A stretch of DNA of 64,000 nucleotides. Source: Camelus dromedarius (lineage: Eukaryota). The notes under the pieces are model-generated. The model made no database searches and was not told the origin of the DNA. It worked only from the letters and a program-made list of their open reading frames with translations. This document shows positions 40,410 through 53,000 of this stretch, piece after piece (position 1 is the first letter of the stretch; each line of letters starts with the position of its first letter). Made by a program: the position numbers and the translations under genes. Location: positions 58,654,001 through 58,718,000 of the forward strand of contig NC_087437.1 of NCBI RefSeq assembly GCF_036321535.1, given 5' to 3'.

Positions 40410-42630
40410 CCAGCAATTGATAAGGGTGGTCCGTGTACCCCAGACCCTTTCAGTGGTCACAGGGCGATCATAAAACACGATTTTATAACAGCACCGATAT
40501 TTTATTTCCCCGTCTCACTATGTTGACATTCACCAGCTCTGCAAAGGCAGCAGTAGGTAACACCGCTGAGTGTGCATCAAGGCAGCGACAGCACCTGTCC
40601 TAATGGGCACTGGGCCGTTTCCACCACCATGCACCACTGCTTCAAACAGACAGACAAACAAACCACAAAGCTAGTTTTACTCAAAGAATGGCTGGATGAA
40701 ACAATAAAAATGATTCACTTATTTTATTAATTTGTATTGCTATATTATTAATGTAATTTACTGATTTTGAATTTTTATTAAATCTCAACCCTTAAGTACA
40801 TGTCTTTAAATAGTCTGTGTGACAAATTAGGAGGATCACAGAAATTCCTTTATCACCCAAAATATGATGGTCATCTTGAGGGAAAGCACTTGTGCCATTA
40901 TTTGATTTCTGTCCTAAACTCTAATTTTTTTTTTCAAGGAACACCATTTTGCTTAACAGAATGACTAATAAACTACAGTCATTCAAACTGACTCACGAGG
41001 CAGACGTTTTCTGCAAAGTAGGAGTGACCCTGCCACTTCCAGGAAGACGCCTCTGTAGTGCTGGTTGCCCATGGTGAAACTTACACCTTTAAGCAAGAAT
41101 GAGCATTTGGAAAAACATAACGAGCTTGACAACATCTCCGTATTCTTCTGATGAGGTGGAGGACGGTATTTATGAATGAGATTTTTTTGATATTGTAAAA
41201 AGATGTCAGTTGGAAGATCTGCATACCCAAGGAAACCAATATTTTCTGGATGGCTAAGTGCATGACGGGAACAAATCAGGCCTGGGGAAAGGTCCTCTCT
41301 AAGCAGGAGGTAGATTGAGGAATTTCATGTCAGAGAGTATGTGCTCATTGGCACATCAGGCGTTGGTTTAGTGTCAGAGGAGATGTGCTATCCCCTGGAA
41401 AGCCTCATCCTTTCTTCTTTTCTCATCCCATCACTGCATGAGGCCAGCTTGTCTTCATCTCCTTCAACCAAAACAACATATTGCAACAAATTGAATATAG
41501 AAAAAGGTATAAGAATCTGTTTATCTTCTGTCTAGCCAGACATTAAAGAGAATTGCAAAAAATTTTTTTAAAAGCTACTTTTTTAAAAATGACATATAGT
41601 TAATCTACAACGTTGTGTTAGTTTCTGGTGTACAGCATAGTGATTCAGTTATATATATATTATTTTTCATATTCTTTTTCATTATAGGTAATTATAAGAT
41701 AGTGGATGTAGCTCCTTATGCTATACAGTAGGATCTTATTTATCTATTTTATATATGGTAGCTTTTATCTATTAATCCCAAATTCCTAATTTATCCCGCC
41801 CCCTCTTTTCCTCTTTGGTAACCATAAGTTTGTTTTCTATATCTGAGTCTCTGTTTTGTAAATAAGTTCATTTGTATCATTTTTTAAGATTCCACAAATA
41901 AGTGATATCAGATGATATTTGTCTTTGTCTGACTTACTTCACTTAGTATGATAATCTCTAGGTCCATCCATGTTGCTGCAAATGGCAATATTTCATTCTT
42001 TTTAATGGCTGAGTAGTATTCCATTGTGTGTGTATATATGTATTTACCACCTCTTTATCTGTTGCTGAGCACTTGGGTTGCTTCCACATCTTGGCTATTG
42101 TAAATAGTGCTGCTATGAACACTGGGGTGCACACGTATCTTTTCAAATTAAGAGTTTTCTCCAGATATATGCCGAAGAGTTGGATTGCTAGGTTATATCA
42201 TAGTTCTATTTTCAGTTTTTTAAGGAATCGCCATAGCATCCTCCATAGTGGCTGCACCGAATTACATTCCCACCCACGGGGTAGGAGGGTTCCCTTTTAT
42301 CCACACCCTCTCCAGCATTTATTGTTTGTGAACTTTTTAATGATGGCCATTCTAAAAAGTTACTCTTGTTGCTAGATTCTTTTGTTTTTCATTAGAGATG
42401 TAACTTATGTTAACATGAAACCATTTTATTTTAAAAAATTAATTGAGTAAATATTTTGAATATTTCTCAGTTTCAATTTCTAATTTATTAGAAATATCCA
42501 TTTCTAATTTATCAATATTAAAATAATATCAAGTATTATATCAAACATTAAAGATCAATAGGCATAAACCCATGTAAACAAAAACTTTGGGGTACACAGT
42601 AATTTCTAAGAGATTAAAGCTTTGCACTGG
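40410..42630. mobile_element. hAT Charlie1-like DNA transposon relic, split by an L1 insertion
   Basis: Charlie1-like motifs on both sides of the L1 (aaatctcaacccttaagtacatg, gggaaagcacttgtgc, tttttcaaggaacaccatttt, gccagacattaaagagaattgcaaaa; afterwards atatttctcagtttcaatttctaat, aaacaaaaactttgggg). Confidence 0.7.
41580..42354 (-). mobile_element. 5'-truncated L1 (ORF2 C-terminus and 3'UTR) with TSD
   Basis: Minus ORF CTPVFIAALFTIAKMWKQPKCS is the L1 ORF2 end. Flanks aaaagctact (41570-41579) and aaaagttact (42355-42364). Confidence 0.9.
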
Positions 42631-45600
42631 GAGGCTTAGCTACAGGATCAGCGCCTTTGTTCAAAATATCTGAAGCAATGCAGTCCCCGTGAGAATTATT
42701 GCTTAGTTTCCTTGCTTGAATTCAGGGTATATTTTAAATACAATGGCAAGTGTTAGAAGAGGGTCTAGCGAATGTCAGTGATTGTTGGTGTGTGAGTTGC
42801 AAGTTAAGCCGTTTTAATACATGACTTAAGGAAACTGTAACATCAGGGATGACATTTTTAACGCAGTACACGGTGTTTTTGTTTATTGGAGGACTCAGCA
42901 TTCATGCGGAGAGTCTCGGGTCTCTGTGTCAGGGAGAACATGCTTCCCCGGAGCGCCCGGTATGCCCTGACCTTCTGGCAGCCACTTTTCTCCCTTTCCT
43001 TTGGCTGCTAGGAAGCCCAAAGCTAAATTCTCACAAATGGAAACATACATGTCTGTGTTAGCCCGCCGTGGTTTCATTTTGCTATTTCCCTTCCCCCCAA
43101 AACTTGTCTTTGATTTCTTCATCTGAATTTTCAGAGTTTTCCCAAAAGCTACCTCCAATCCTTTCACCAGATGAAGTACAACGTAAACTTATGTAACTTA
43201 TATAACTTATGCAGCTGCCAGTGGCAGGAAGTTTGTTCTCCTCTGTGTACCGAGGACCAGATTGCACATCTGTAACTTCTTTGTCGTTTTCTCCTTTAAT
43301 GCGTGTGTAGAATAGGGATGTGGCTTGGAGAAGGAGAGCAGCACAGCCATGCCTTGTGAACATCTGGAGAAGCCAGCCAGCACCCAGAGAGGAGGCAGGC
43401 CGGTGCGTGGGAGCGGTGGCCAGCCCCCAGGTCGCCAGGAGGAATCTGCTTCTGTAATGAAAGGACCCTTCTTTCCAGGGGATTATAAGAATATTCATGA
43501 CCCGTGAGATCAGCAGGTGAGGCCCAGCCCTCCCTACTCATCCTTTGGGCAAATAGTCCAGAAAGCCGAGGTTGCTGGGATGAGAAAGGAACAGTGGGAG
43601 TCGGGAGATTTCCGCGCTTCTCTTGGCCCCCGACCCCCAGTATTTTCAGGGGGGCCAGGAGGGGGGCACTTGTCTTGAGGTGGAGCACGGACTGTGTCTT
43701 TCATTTCTAAAGAGCAGGCAGCAAGGCCGAGGCAGAAGTCCCGTGACATGACTTGAGACACAAAATGGTATCTTAGCATCGAAGACCCCCTTTGACAAGA
43801 AGAAGAAAAGCCCTTTTCTTCCCAGCCCGGATTAGGCAAGGAGGGAATTCTCTGGAACATGTGTGCATTGTTTTGTGGAGGGCAGCCAGGCTGGCCCGGG
43901 GCTGGCCTCCCAAAGTCCGCCCAAGGAAGCTTGTCCTTGTGTAATTAAAAGGGAAGGGAAACAGCAGGGGGCCTTGTTCCGCTGCTGCCCACCAAAGTGG
44001 GGCCCCCGGGGGGACAGTGTGGCCCCGGAAATTGGCTAAATTAATGGTTACTGGAGGCCTCATTGGATGTGTGGGCCCTGCAGGCGGAGAGAGGGCAGGG
44101 CATGGAGCCTCCTCAGAGCTCTTCTGACAAAATGGGGGAAAGAGAAATGCTCTCAGACAGCAGAGACGTCTGAGCTTCTTGCCACCTGACCGGACAGCAG
44201 GCCGCCCTGGGGACCGGGCACCTGCAGGGAGGGGTCGGCCCCTCGTGGAGAGCAGAGCCCCCAGGGCAGTGTTTCCAGGCTCTCATTTGTCCAGCTGACG
44301 CAGGCTGACAGCAAGGCCGGGAGCCCCGAGGTCAGAGGGCACTGCCAGGCACTCAGGCCTGGGGGCCACAGAGGGGCGCAGGGGCTTCCCCTGGCAACAG
44401 GAGTTTCTGGAAAGCTGTCTCTCATATTTGTCAGTGGCCCAGCATCTCACTCAGAAATAAGTCGGAGCAGTAAAACCCTGAATTGGAGGCTGACACGTTT
44501 GGCATTTATAGGGTTTAACCCAGTTCGGGAGAAAAACAATTCCTTCTCCTATAAACAAAGAAAACGTCCTCATGAAAACTTTCCAATGTTTTCTGAAAAC
44601 TTCGGTTCAAGATGTGGACTTCATGCTTCATTTTATCCAGGTACCTCTGCAAGTCTTGCCGGTTGGATTTAGAGGACTTCAGGCAACCTCTATCAGCAGT
44701 CTGGAAACTCGTGTCTCCTGAGTCCCAGGTCCATGGGGAAGAGAATAGTGAAAACTGCCACACAGAGGTGGTTTTCCAAGACCCGCACACGTTCTGCCTA
44801 AGGCCACACACTTCCTAAAGGCCGGGGCCAAGAGCCGGCAGGCCCGGGCCCTCCGCTTTTTCTGGTGAGTGATGAATCTAAGTCAATATTGCAAAGGCGA
44901 CCTGGCCCTTCCGGCTCCGCAAATATTGGAACAAAGACTTGAGCGCGGCGGCGCTGTTGACAGTTACGAGATGGTGGCATTGTTGTCTTTGTCACCATGA
45001 AGTGCGGCTCTGTGGAGCCCGGCCTAACACCCTGTGTACACAGAGGAGACAGTGTGCTCAGAGGCCCGGCTGTTTGCTCTGCCAACAGGCGCAGGCGACT
45101 GGCCCTCCAGCCCCCTTCCTGGGGCACAGCTGGGGGTGTGGGACACACCCACCCTCTCCCGTGTGCTGGGGCCCCACTGCCCAGCACAGCATCCGGGGCA
45201 CATGCCTCCTCTTCGCTCTCTTTTCAGTTCATTGGCTAAAAATACGTTTTTATTGAAGTGAAATGTACACATGTCATCTGTCCCGTTTGATGAAAACGAC
45301 CACATCCTTGTGTCCAGCAAGTCAGGAACCAGAGCACTCCCGGCATTCCATGCCATCTGTGCCCCCTCCCGGGACCCCCTCCGGCAAGGGTGACCACTGT
45401 CCTCTCCGGACTTCTCACATAAAGTACTTTCACCTGTTTTAAGCCTCGTGCTTTTGAAACTTTCCCTTGGCATTTGAAGCCAAAGTACCGTGTGTTTGTC
45501 CAGCAGGGCATGGTTACAGTGCAGCCTGTGCAGGGATCTCAGCCCTGCCCAGTTTGAGCACGCCCCTCTCAGTGTGCTGGCATCAGGGCTGACGCCGTTA

Positions 45601-46010
45601 AAGGACCGAGTTGGTCTGAGTCTCTTGGGGCCCTTCCAATGCCAACACGCGACCCCCTGGCTCCACTAAGGGGGCAGATGGGCTGCCCACAGGAGGACGA
45701 TCTATGACCCCTGTCCACCCCTGTCCACAGGCTCAGGGGTATGTTCTAAGAAGGAGAAGGCTGCATGCCCATGATGCCTCACTGTACCTCCTCCTTCAGT
45801 GCTGCCCTCCAGACACATCAGAAGACAGGTTAGTTCGGGGTTCTCTTCTCACCACCGGGATGAACCTGGTTGGCTCCAGCCCTGAATCTGGTCCATTCTC
45901 CTATCTGATAACTGCCCAGGCACATGGAGAGAGGAAGGGTAAAAACTTCCCTCTAAATATGCTCTGCTGGGTGACAGATGTCCCATTCCTTTTTATATTC
46001 CTAAAGCCTC

Positions 46011-46065
46011 GTGTGTGTGTGTGTGTGTGTGTGTCTGTGTGTGTGTGTGTCTGTGTGTGTGTGTG
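46011..46065. repeat. (TG)n microsatellite with two TC interruptions
   Basis: Directly visible. Confidence 0.97.
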
Positions 46066-46599
46066 GTGGGGGAGGTGGGGAGCGGGGAGTTGGGGAGAAG
46101 GGAGTGGGAAATGGCTTACAGAAAGTGTGCCAGAGCTGGGGGTTCAACTTCTTCACTCACAGAGGTGAAGAACCAACCATGGGTTTGCATCTTTGGGCAG
46201 CTCTGTGGGAGGAGCTGGCTCCAGTTGCAGGATTCTCTTCCATTCGGTTCTGACTCCTGGCCTGGCCCTGGGCCAGGCCCTGTTTGGGGAGACAGAGGTG
46301 AACAAGATGTGTGCCCTCAGCTCAAGAGTCTCACACAGTTTGTTAGGGACTGAACATGAGGAAGGGAGTGATAGTCCCAGATCACAAGCAAGAAGTAACT
46401 TTAGAGAACCAGCACTCTGAACGGGGATATACAGTGCTGTAGGAAGACCGGCCAAAGATGGCCCGTCAACCTAGGTGGCCTTTGTGGAGGTGGTGGCATT
46501 TGAGCTGCATTGACGGACAGCCTTCAAAAAGTGAAATGCTGTATTTCACCTTCGGTGTGATAAGCCCTTAACCGTGATCCTGGTTAAGAAAGTTTATAG

Positions 46600-47525
46600 T
46601 GGATTGCCATCTTACATTTTGCTTCAACCTATGTTATAAAGTCCCCAATACATTGTTATTATATTTGCTTTAAACAGGCAATTGTCCTTTTAAAAGTGAT
46701 CTTTGAAAGGGCCTGGTAATAATGAGAAAGATCATACGCATGGACTCATGTTGTTGCCATTTCCGGTGCTCTCCATTCCTTTCCAGATCCAGATTTCCGT
46801 CTGGCGTCATTTTTAATGGATTTCCCTTAATATTTCTGATCGTGTAGGTCTGCTGCTGCTGAGCCCGTTCAGCTTTTATGTCTGAGGAAGTCTTTATCTC
46901 ATTTTCATTTTTTCAAAGTTTTTTTCGTTGGATAATGAATTCCTAATTTGGTTTTCCCTTTCAGAACTTTAACGATGTTGCTGCCCTGTCTTCTGAGTGG
47001 CGCTGTTTTCAGTGCAAAGTCTGTCACAATTCTACTCTTTGTTCCTTTGTACATGCTGTGCCTTTTTCCTCTAATTACTTTTAAAATTTTCTTTTTACCA
47101 CTGATTTTAAGCAATTCGATTAGGATACACATTGTACTTTCCTTCATGTTTCTTGTGCTGGGACATTGTTGGTCTTCTTGGATCTGTGAGTTGTTTGTTT
47201 GTTTTAATTACGTTTAGAAAAACTGCAGCCATTATTTATTCAGTATTTTGCTGGGCACCCCCTCCTTTTCTGTGACACCTGCTACATGTGTATTAGGTCC
47301 CCTGGAGCTGTCCCACAGCTCACTGGTGATCTGTTCATTTTTTCCTCTTCTTATCTCTTTGGACTTCACTTTCTGTTTCTGTTGCTATGACATCAAATTT
47401 GCCAATTGTCTCTTCTTTTTTAAAACACATTTTAAAATTTTTTATTATTATTTTTTAAAATCTTCTCTTCTGTAGTCACCTACTTGCTGTTTATCCCATC
47501 CAGTGTATTTTTCATCTCAGACCCA
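46600..47525 (-). mobile_element. Old L1 (L1M) ORF1 region
   Basis: Minus ORF KKKILKVIRGKRHSMYKGTKSRIVTDF..RRQGSNIVKVLK..IHYP resembles L1 ORF1p. Confidence 0.8.
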
Positions 47526-48439
47526 GGGTGATGGGAATTTGGGGGTGTGGTAGAGAACTGGAGCATGCAGTTGGGGGAATCAGAGAAGGCTTCATGGAAG
47601 AGGTGACATTTGAGATCAGCCTCAGATGATGAGGAGTGAAGGTATATCAGGAAGAAATAGATGCAGATAGAAAAAAAAGAGTCCATCACTGGCAGAGGGC
47701 AGCAGAGATCAGGAAGGGCCCTGTTGGTGTGGGCACAAGTTGCCTGGCATATGGTGACAGAGAGTGAGCTGGAATGCAGTGAGGAGAGCTCTGAATATCA
47801 GCATGAGTCTTTTACATTTTTAGCAGCCAAAACATTAAACCAGATTGCAGTTGAAATCCTAACATAAAGCACAAAACCAAACAAAATCAAAGCCAGAAAT
47901 CCTAACAGTGGTGGGGTTACAGAGTTCTTGCGTCACAAGGTCACTTCCTTTCCTTGATAATCAGCTCTCACATCTGAAACAACAGAGTTGAACATTGCTT
48001 CTCCACTGTTTGGTATACATGACCTCTAAGGTCTCTTTCTGCTCTAAACATCCATGCCTCCACGAGTCAACTTGATTTTAGTAACCATCGGGGAGTCATT
48101 GTTTTTGAACTCGAGAGTGACAAGCTTTTTAAGGAGATTAATATTTGAACATTCATAAACCAATCTGGCAAGTTCTCATTATAATACCGACTAGGAAACT
48201 TAGAGGGGAGGTGTTATGCACATAGATGAGAGTGTGCATTTTTCCCATTCACAGAAGAAATGAGGATAAAGTGAGGGCCAAAGAGAACATGAAGAGTATG
48301 TTTCTGAAGGTCTATTTTGCAATCAAATAAACATCAAATGATGGCTTACGTATTAAATACAACCCAAAACTGTTCCAATGGGGAGTGCCTGCTGAAGACT
48401 GGGACACCATATATGACCCAGCCAGCTGATTCAAGCACA

Positions 48440-48610
48440 GTGGTGTAGTGGTAGCAAGAATTATAGCAGGCTTGGGTTCAAATTTGTACTCTATCACTGA
48501 GGAGACTTTGTAACCAGAATGAATCTTGGTTTCTTCATCTACAAAGTAGTAAAAAATAATGCCACACTCAAAGACTTTTTGGTAAAATTTAAATATTATT
48601 AGCATGTAAT
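48440..48610 (+). mobile_element. MIR SINE relic
   Basis: tggtgtagtggtagcaaga..cttgggttcaaatt..tcttggtttcttcatctacaaagt. Confidence 0.6.
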
Positions 48611-48624
48611 TAAGGATATGCATT

Positions 48625-49830
48625 TCATCAATATCCCAGCAGATTTCTTAGTAGAAATTAACAGACTGATCCTAAAATTCATGTGGCAGTGGTACAAAGG
48701 ACCTAGAAAGCCAAAAGAGCTTTGCAAAGAAAAATAATCCCAAACAAGATTAACAATACTTGATTTCAAAATTTATTGTAAAGTTGGAGCAATTAGGACA
48801 GTGTGATAGTGGCATAAAGACAGATAAATAGATTAATGGAACAGAATAGAAACTACAGAAATAAACTCATGAACATATGGACACCTGATTTTTGACAAAG
48901 TTTTCAATGTAATTCATAAATATTTTTTTCAATAAATGGTGCTAAAACAAATGAAAGTGCAAAAAAAAAAACTTTCAATTCATGATATACATAAATTATC
49001 ATGAAATGAATTATAGACCTAAGTGTAAAGACTGTAACTATAAAACTTCTAAAAGAAAACAAAGGAAAGAAACATTGCAACCCTGAGTTAGGCAAACACT
49101 TCTTAGATACCACAACTAAAGAATCATCCATAAAAGAAGTTGATCAATTATACATCATTAAAATTAAAAAGTTCAGCTCTTTAAAAGACACTGTTAAGAG
49201 AATGAAAAAAACAAGCCACAGACTAGGAGAAAATATTTGCAAATCATGTATCTGATAAAGGACTTGTATTCAGAATATATAAAGAACTCTCAAAACTCAA
49301 TCATAAGAACTCAAATAACCTGATTAAAAATATGGGTGTCTATCCAAAAGAAATGAAAGCCTGTATCTATACAGAAATTTGTACATAGATGTTCCTAGAT
49401 ATTTTATTTCTAACATCCAGAAACTGGATATCACCCAAATGTCCATCAAAAGAGAAATAGATAAATACACTATGGTAGATCCATACAAATGAAATACTAC
49501 TCTGCAGTGAAAAGGAATGGACATGAATGCTACATGGGTGACTCTCAAAATGATTATGCTATGTGAAAGAAGACAGATTTAAAAAAAAGAGGACATACTG
49601 TATGGTTCCTAGAACCATACATTCTAGAAAGTGCCAGCTACTATAAAGTGGTAGATCTGTGGTTGATTGGCGACAGGATGAAGGTGCTATAAAGGGCATG
49701 AGGGAAATTTTAGGCTGATGAGTACGTTCACTATCTTGACTGTGGTGATGGTTTCCCATATGCTGAAACCTATCCCTGGGACACACTAAATATGTGCAGT
49801 ATGTTGTACATCAGTTAAACCTCAGTAAAG
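48625..49830 (+). mobile_element. Old L1 (L1MB/L1ME-like) ORF2 3' part and 3'UTR, with an internal deletion near 49335
   Basis: atcccagcagatttc..ctgatcctaaaattcat, atggaacagaatagaaa, gaaaatatttgcaaatcatgtatctgataaaggacttgtattcagaatatataaagaact and cccaaatgtccatcaa. Confidence 0.88.
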
Positions 49831-49839
49831 AAACAAAGA

Positions 49840-50090
49840 ATAGAGGCTTCTCTGTTGCACAGACGTGGATTCAAATCCCACACTTAAATCCTAGCTCAGC
49901 ACTTACAAACTTCGGGAGCTTAAGCAAGTCCCTTAACATCTCTGAACCTCACATTCTCATCTATAAAGTGAGAATGATAATATTCCTACCTTCCTTATAA
50001 GATGATTATGAACATGGAATGAAATAATACAGATAAAATGCTTAGCAGAATGCCTGAGACGTCGTAGGTGCTTAGTAAATATAAATTATT
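49840..50090 (+). mobile_element. MIR SINE, nearly full length
   Basis: gcaagtcccttaacatctctgaacctcacattctcatctataaagtgagaatgataata..cttagcagaatgcctg..taggtgcttagtaaat. Confidence 0.8.
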
Positions 50091-53000
50091 ATTAAAGTGC
50101 TTCTTGCAGTGCCTGGTATTTGGTAAATGCTCAGGAAAGTTTCACCCTTTCTCCACTCTTACCTTCCCCATTGAACTCTCTGTGTTTGGTCATGAACAGT
50201 CTTGGCACTCTGGATCAAGAGGGGTCACTAGATGCACCTAGCAGGAAAAGCCAGCTTCCGGGTGAGACAGCTCAGCCAGGTCTAGGTCTCCCGGCTTGTT
50301 CCCAAGAGGATGTGGCTGATGTGGGCCCCACCTGGCAGAGCTGGAGCCAGCCTTCCATCCAGGCTGTGACTTAGCCTGAAAGGAGCCTGGCAAAACGCAG
50401 TCCCAAGCCCTTCTTTTCTCCCAGGCCTCCTGGGACTTTCCACGTCGCCAGGTGCTTCGCCGCCACGTGGCCTGTGAGCCTGGGCTCTCCCTCTGCGGGG
50501 TGGAGAAAGCTCTTGGAGGGGGAGGGTGGCCCTATTATCTGGAAGGATTTTTGGGCCACAAAGGCCCTGCTGAAGACTCCACAACCCTGGAACAAAACTG
50601 GGACTAGAACTTTCATGAAAGAACAAGGCTTGCTCTGTGTGGCCACAGCAGCTGAGACTTCAGCCAGGAAGGCTGAGCTGGCCGCCCTGCCACTAGCTTA
50701 TTCTGGCAACAAAAACGTCCCCTTTCGGTTAACCTTTCCTTTCCTCTGAGTTCCCTGACAAAGGACAGCGGGGGAGCTGGGAGGTGTGGTCGGGCTGGGG
50801 TGGTGGCCCGGAGAAGCCAGCAGGTTTCAGATGCAGTAGAAATAAAGGGGATTTGTTCTGCTTCTCCTGGAAGGTTTGCCCATTTGCCTGGTGGCAGGTG
50901 ACGGTGCTAGCTTTAAGAATCAGATCGGACCCACAAATGCGCCCTCATGGGAAGTGAGCTGAGCTCTGAAGACCAGACCTCTATAAGAGGAAAACTGAAG
51001 CACTGTCTGCAGTCCAGGATTTGGGGGATTCTGGGAGGCAGATGGCTCACGTACCCCTGTGTTTACCAAATATTGCTGGGATCCATTTTAACCTCCCGCC
51101 AAACCCGTCTGTTTCATGTTATTTCCAGACAAGGCAACAGAGGCTCAGGGTGCATTTAAGCTTGGGAGTTGGAAGAATCTTGTTTCAGTCATTCATTCAG
51201 CAAATACTCAAAACTGCAAAGCGTAGGCAGGGCAGGGGGTGATGACAGTAAACACTATGCAACCCACTCTGAAGGAGTCCACAGCATAGTAATTTGGGTC
51301 CATCGTGTCTCATTGTAGAACCTTGGGCAAGTTACTAAACTTTTTGAGTCCCAGTTCCCACCTTTAATAAATAGGATTGTAACCCTTTTAAAGGATTGCC
51401 GTAAAGATGAAGTGGCATTAAATGAGATGTACATCGTACCCCCAGAGGGATTTTAAGGGTATCTGAGACACCACCCCTGCCCTCAAGGAGCAAGCAGTCC
51501 TGGTACTTGGTGGGTAAGCCACACTGGCACCTCCACTTTGTTGGAAGAAAAGGGATTTAAACATGGCATTGGCTGTGGTGATGCAGAGGTGCCATCAGAG
51601 GGGCAGGGACAGAACCCCAAAATGCTCTGTGAAGGCAGCGGGACTTGAGAGAGCTTGAGGGAGGGAACGACAGATTCAGAGAAGGGGGAGAAGTTGCAAA
51701 GGAAAGGACGGGGAGAGGATGGATGGAAGCAGAGGGGAGAAGTGGGGGAACCCATTCCAGAGAAGCCCCTTGTTCTCCTCTTCATCCTGATTATCTGCAT
51801 TCCTTCTTCTAATTGAATTCTCTTTCTTCCCAAACTAAGGCTAAGTAAGGCTTGTTGGATACCATAGCTTCAGATTCAAAATAGACACCTTGTATTGCAT
51901 TCTACACCCTTAGTTTTATTATCTGGTACCTGGAAAGTGTAGGGTACTTTTTAAAAACAGAAAATACGGGGTGATTTTGAATGCACACAATTCCTGATGG
52001 AATCTTAATAGGAAAAACTCCAGAACAAACCATTTCCCTGCTCCTGCTGTAAACCAGCCTACACTCAGGATGAACTCTCTTTGCAGCCACATAAAAGGCC
52101 AGCGACGCCAGTGGCCAGCTTTTTGCACTCTCCAGGGACGGGAAGTTTTTCCCAGCTGGAGCCCAGGCTGCTTCGTGCCTGGCGTGGACACCCCTGTCAC
52201 TGGGAACACCACCCACTCCTCCAGAGGAGCCGGTTGGGCTAGGTGCCACCGGAGGGAGCCGCTGGGGAGAGACCTGCAGGCGGGCTGCAGGCGGGCGGGT
52301 GGAGGGTGGGTGGAGACTCACTCCAAGTGCCAGTAGTCAGGGGCCCCACAAAGCCCTGGAAGGAGCTATTGAGATTTAATTGTGCAAACCCACGTGGCTG
52401 ATGGGAAGGACCCAGAAGGGGCTCCCGGGGGCTTCTTTCTCCTCTCTTCCCTTTCTTTTCCCTTTCTCACTCTTTCCCCCTGACTGAGGGAATAAAAAGA
52501 AGCGATGTGTCTGTCTGCCGCAGCCTGGGGCATTCTTAGGGTTCTCTGTGTGGTGTTACTTGGAAAAAGACAAAACTCCCAGACAGAACACAGTTGTATT
52601 AACACAAAAGTCCAACTCCACGGTTGAAGTGTCCCTTTCCATTCCCAGGGATGGGTTTCCCCAGTGAACCCTGGCTCATCCGTGCAAACAATGGGGTCCC
52701 CAGGGAGCTGCACGTGATCAGAGCAGTGAGTGAGGGGCCAGGCGGGTCAGTGGGAGGGGAGACTCTCCCGGCTGCCAGCGGGGTCTCTGTGACCTGCCCT
52801 GAAGCCCTGTGAATAGGGCACATGAGTTTTCCACTTTCAGCCTATGTCTCCCGTGTTCAAATGTGATTCCAAATGCCCAGAGGATCGAGGCTCGGAGCAC
52901 ATCCTGATGTCACTTTCTGCTGACATGTCTCATCTGTGTACCCCAGGAGGGGACCTGGCCTCCAGCACTGGGCTTATGCCGAGGGCACCAGACACATTTT

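Noticed and set aside
45648..45678. Divergent CTCF pair (gcgaccccctgg / ccactaagggggcag)
   Set aside because: Both deviate at core positions or spacing and sit in GC-rich sequence where chance matches are common.
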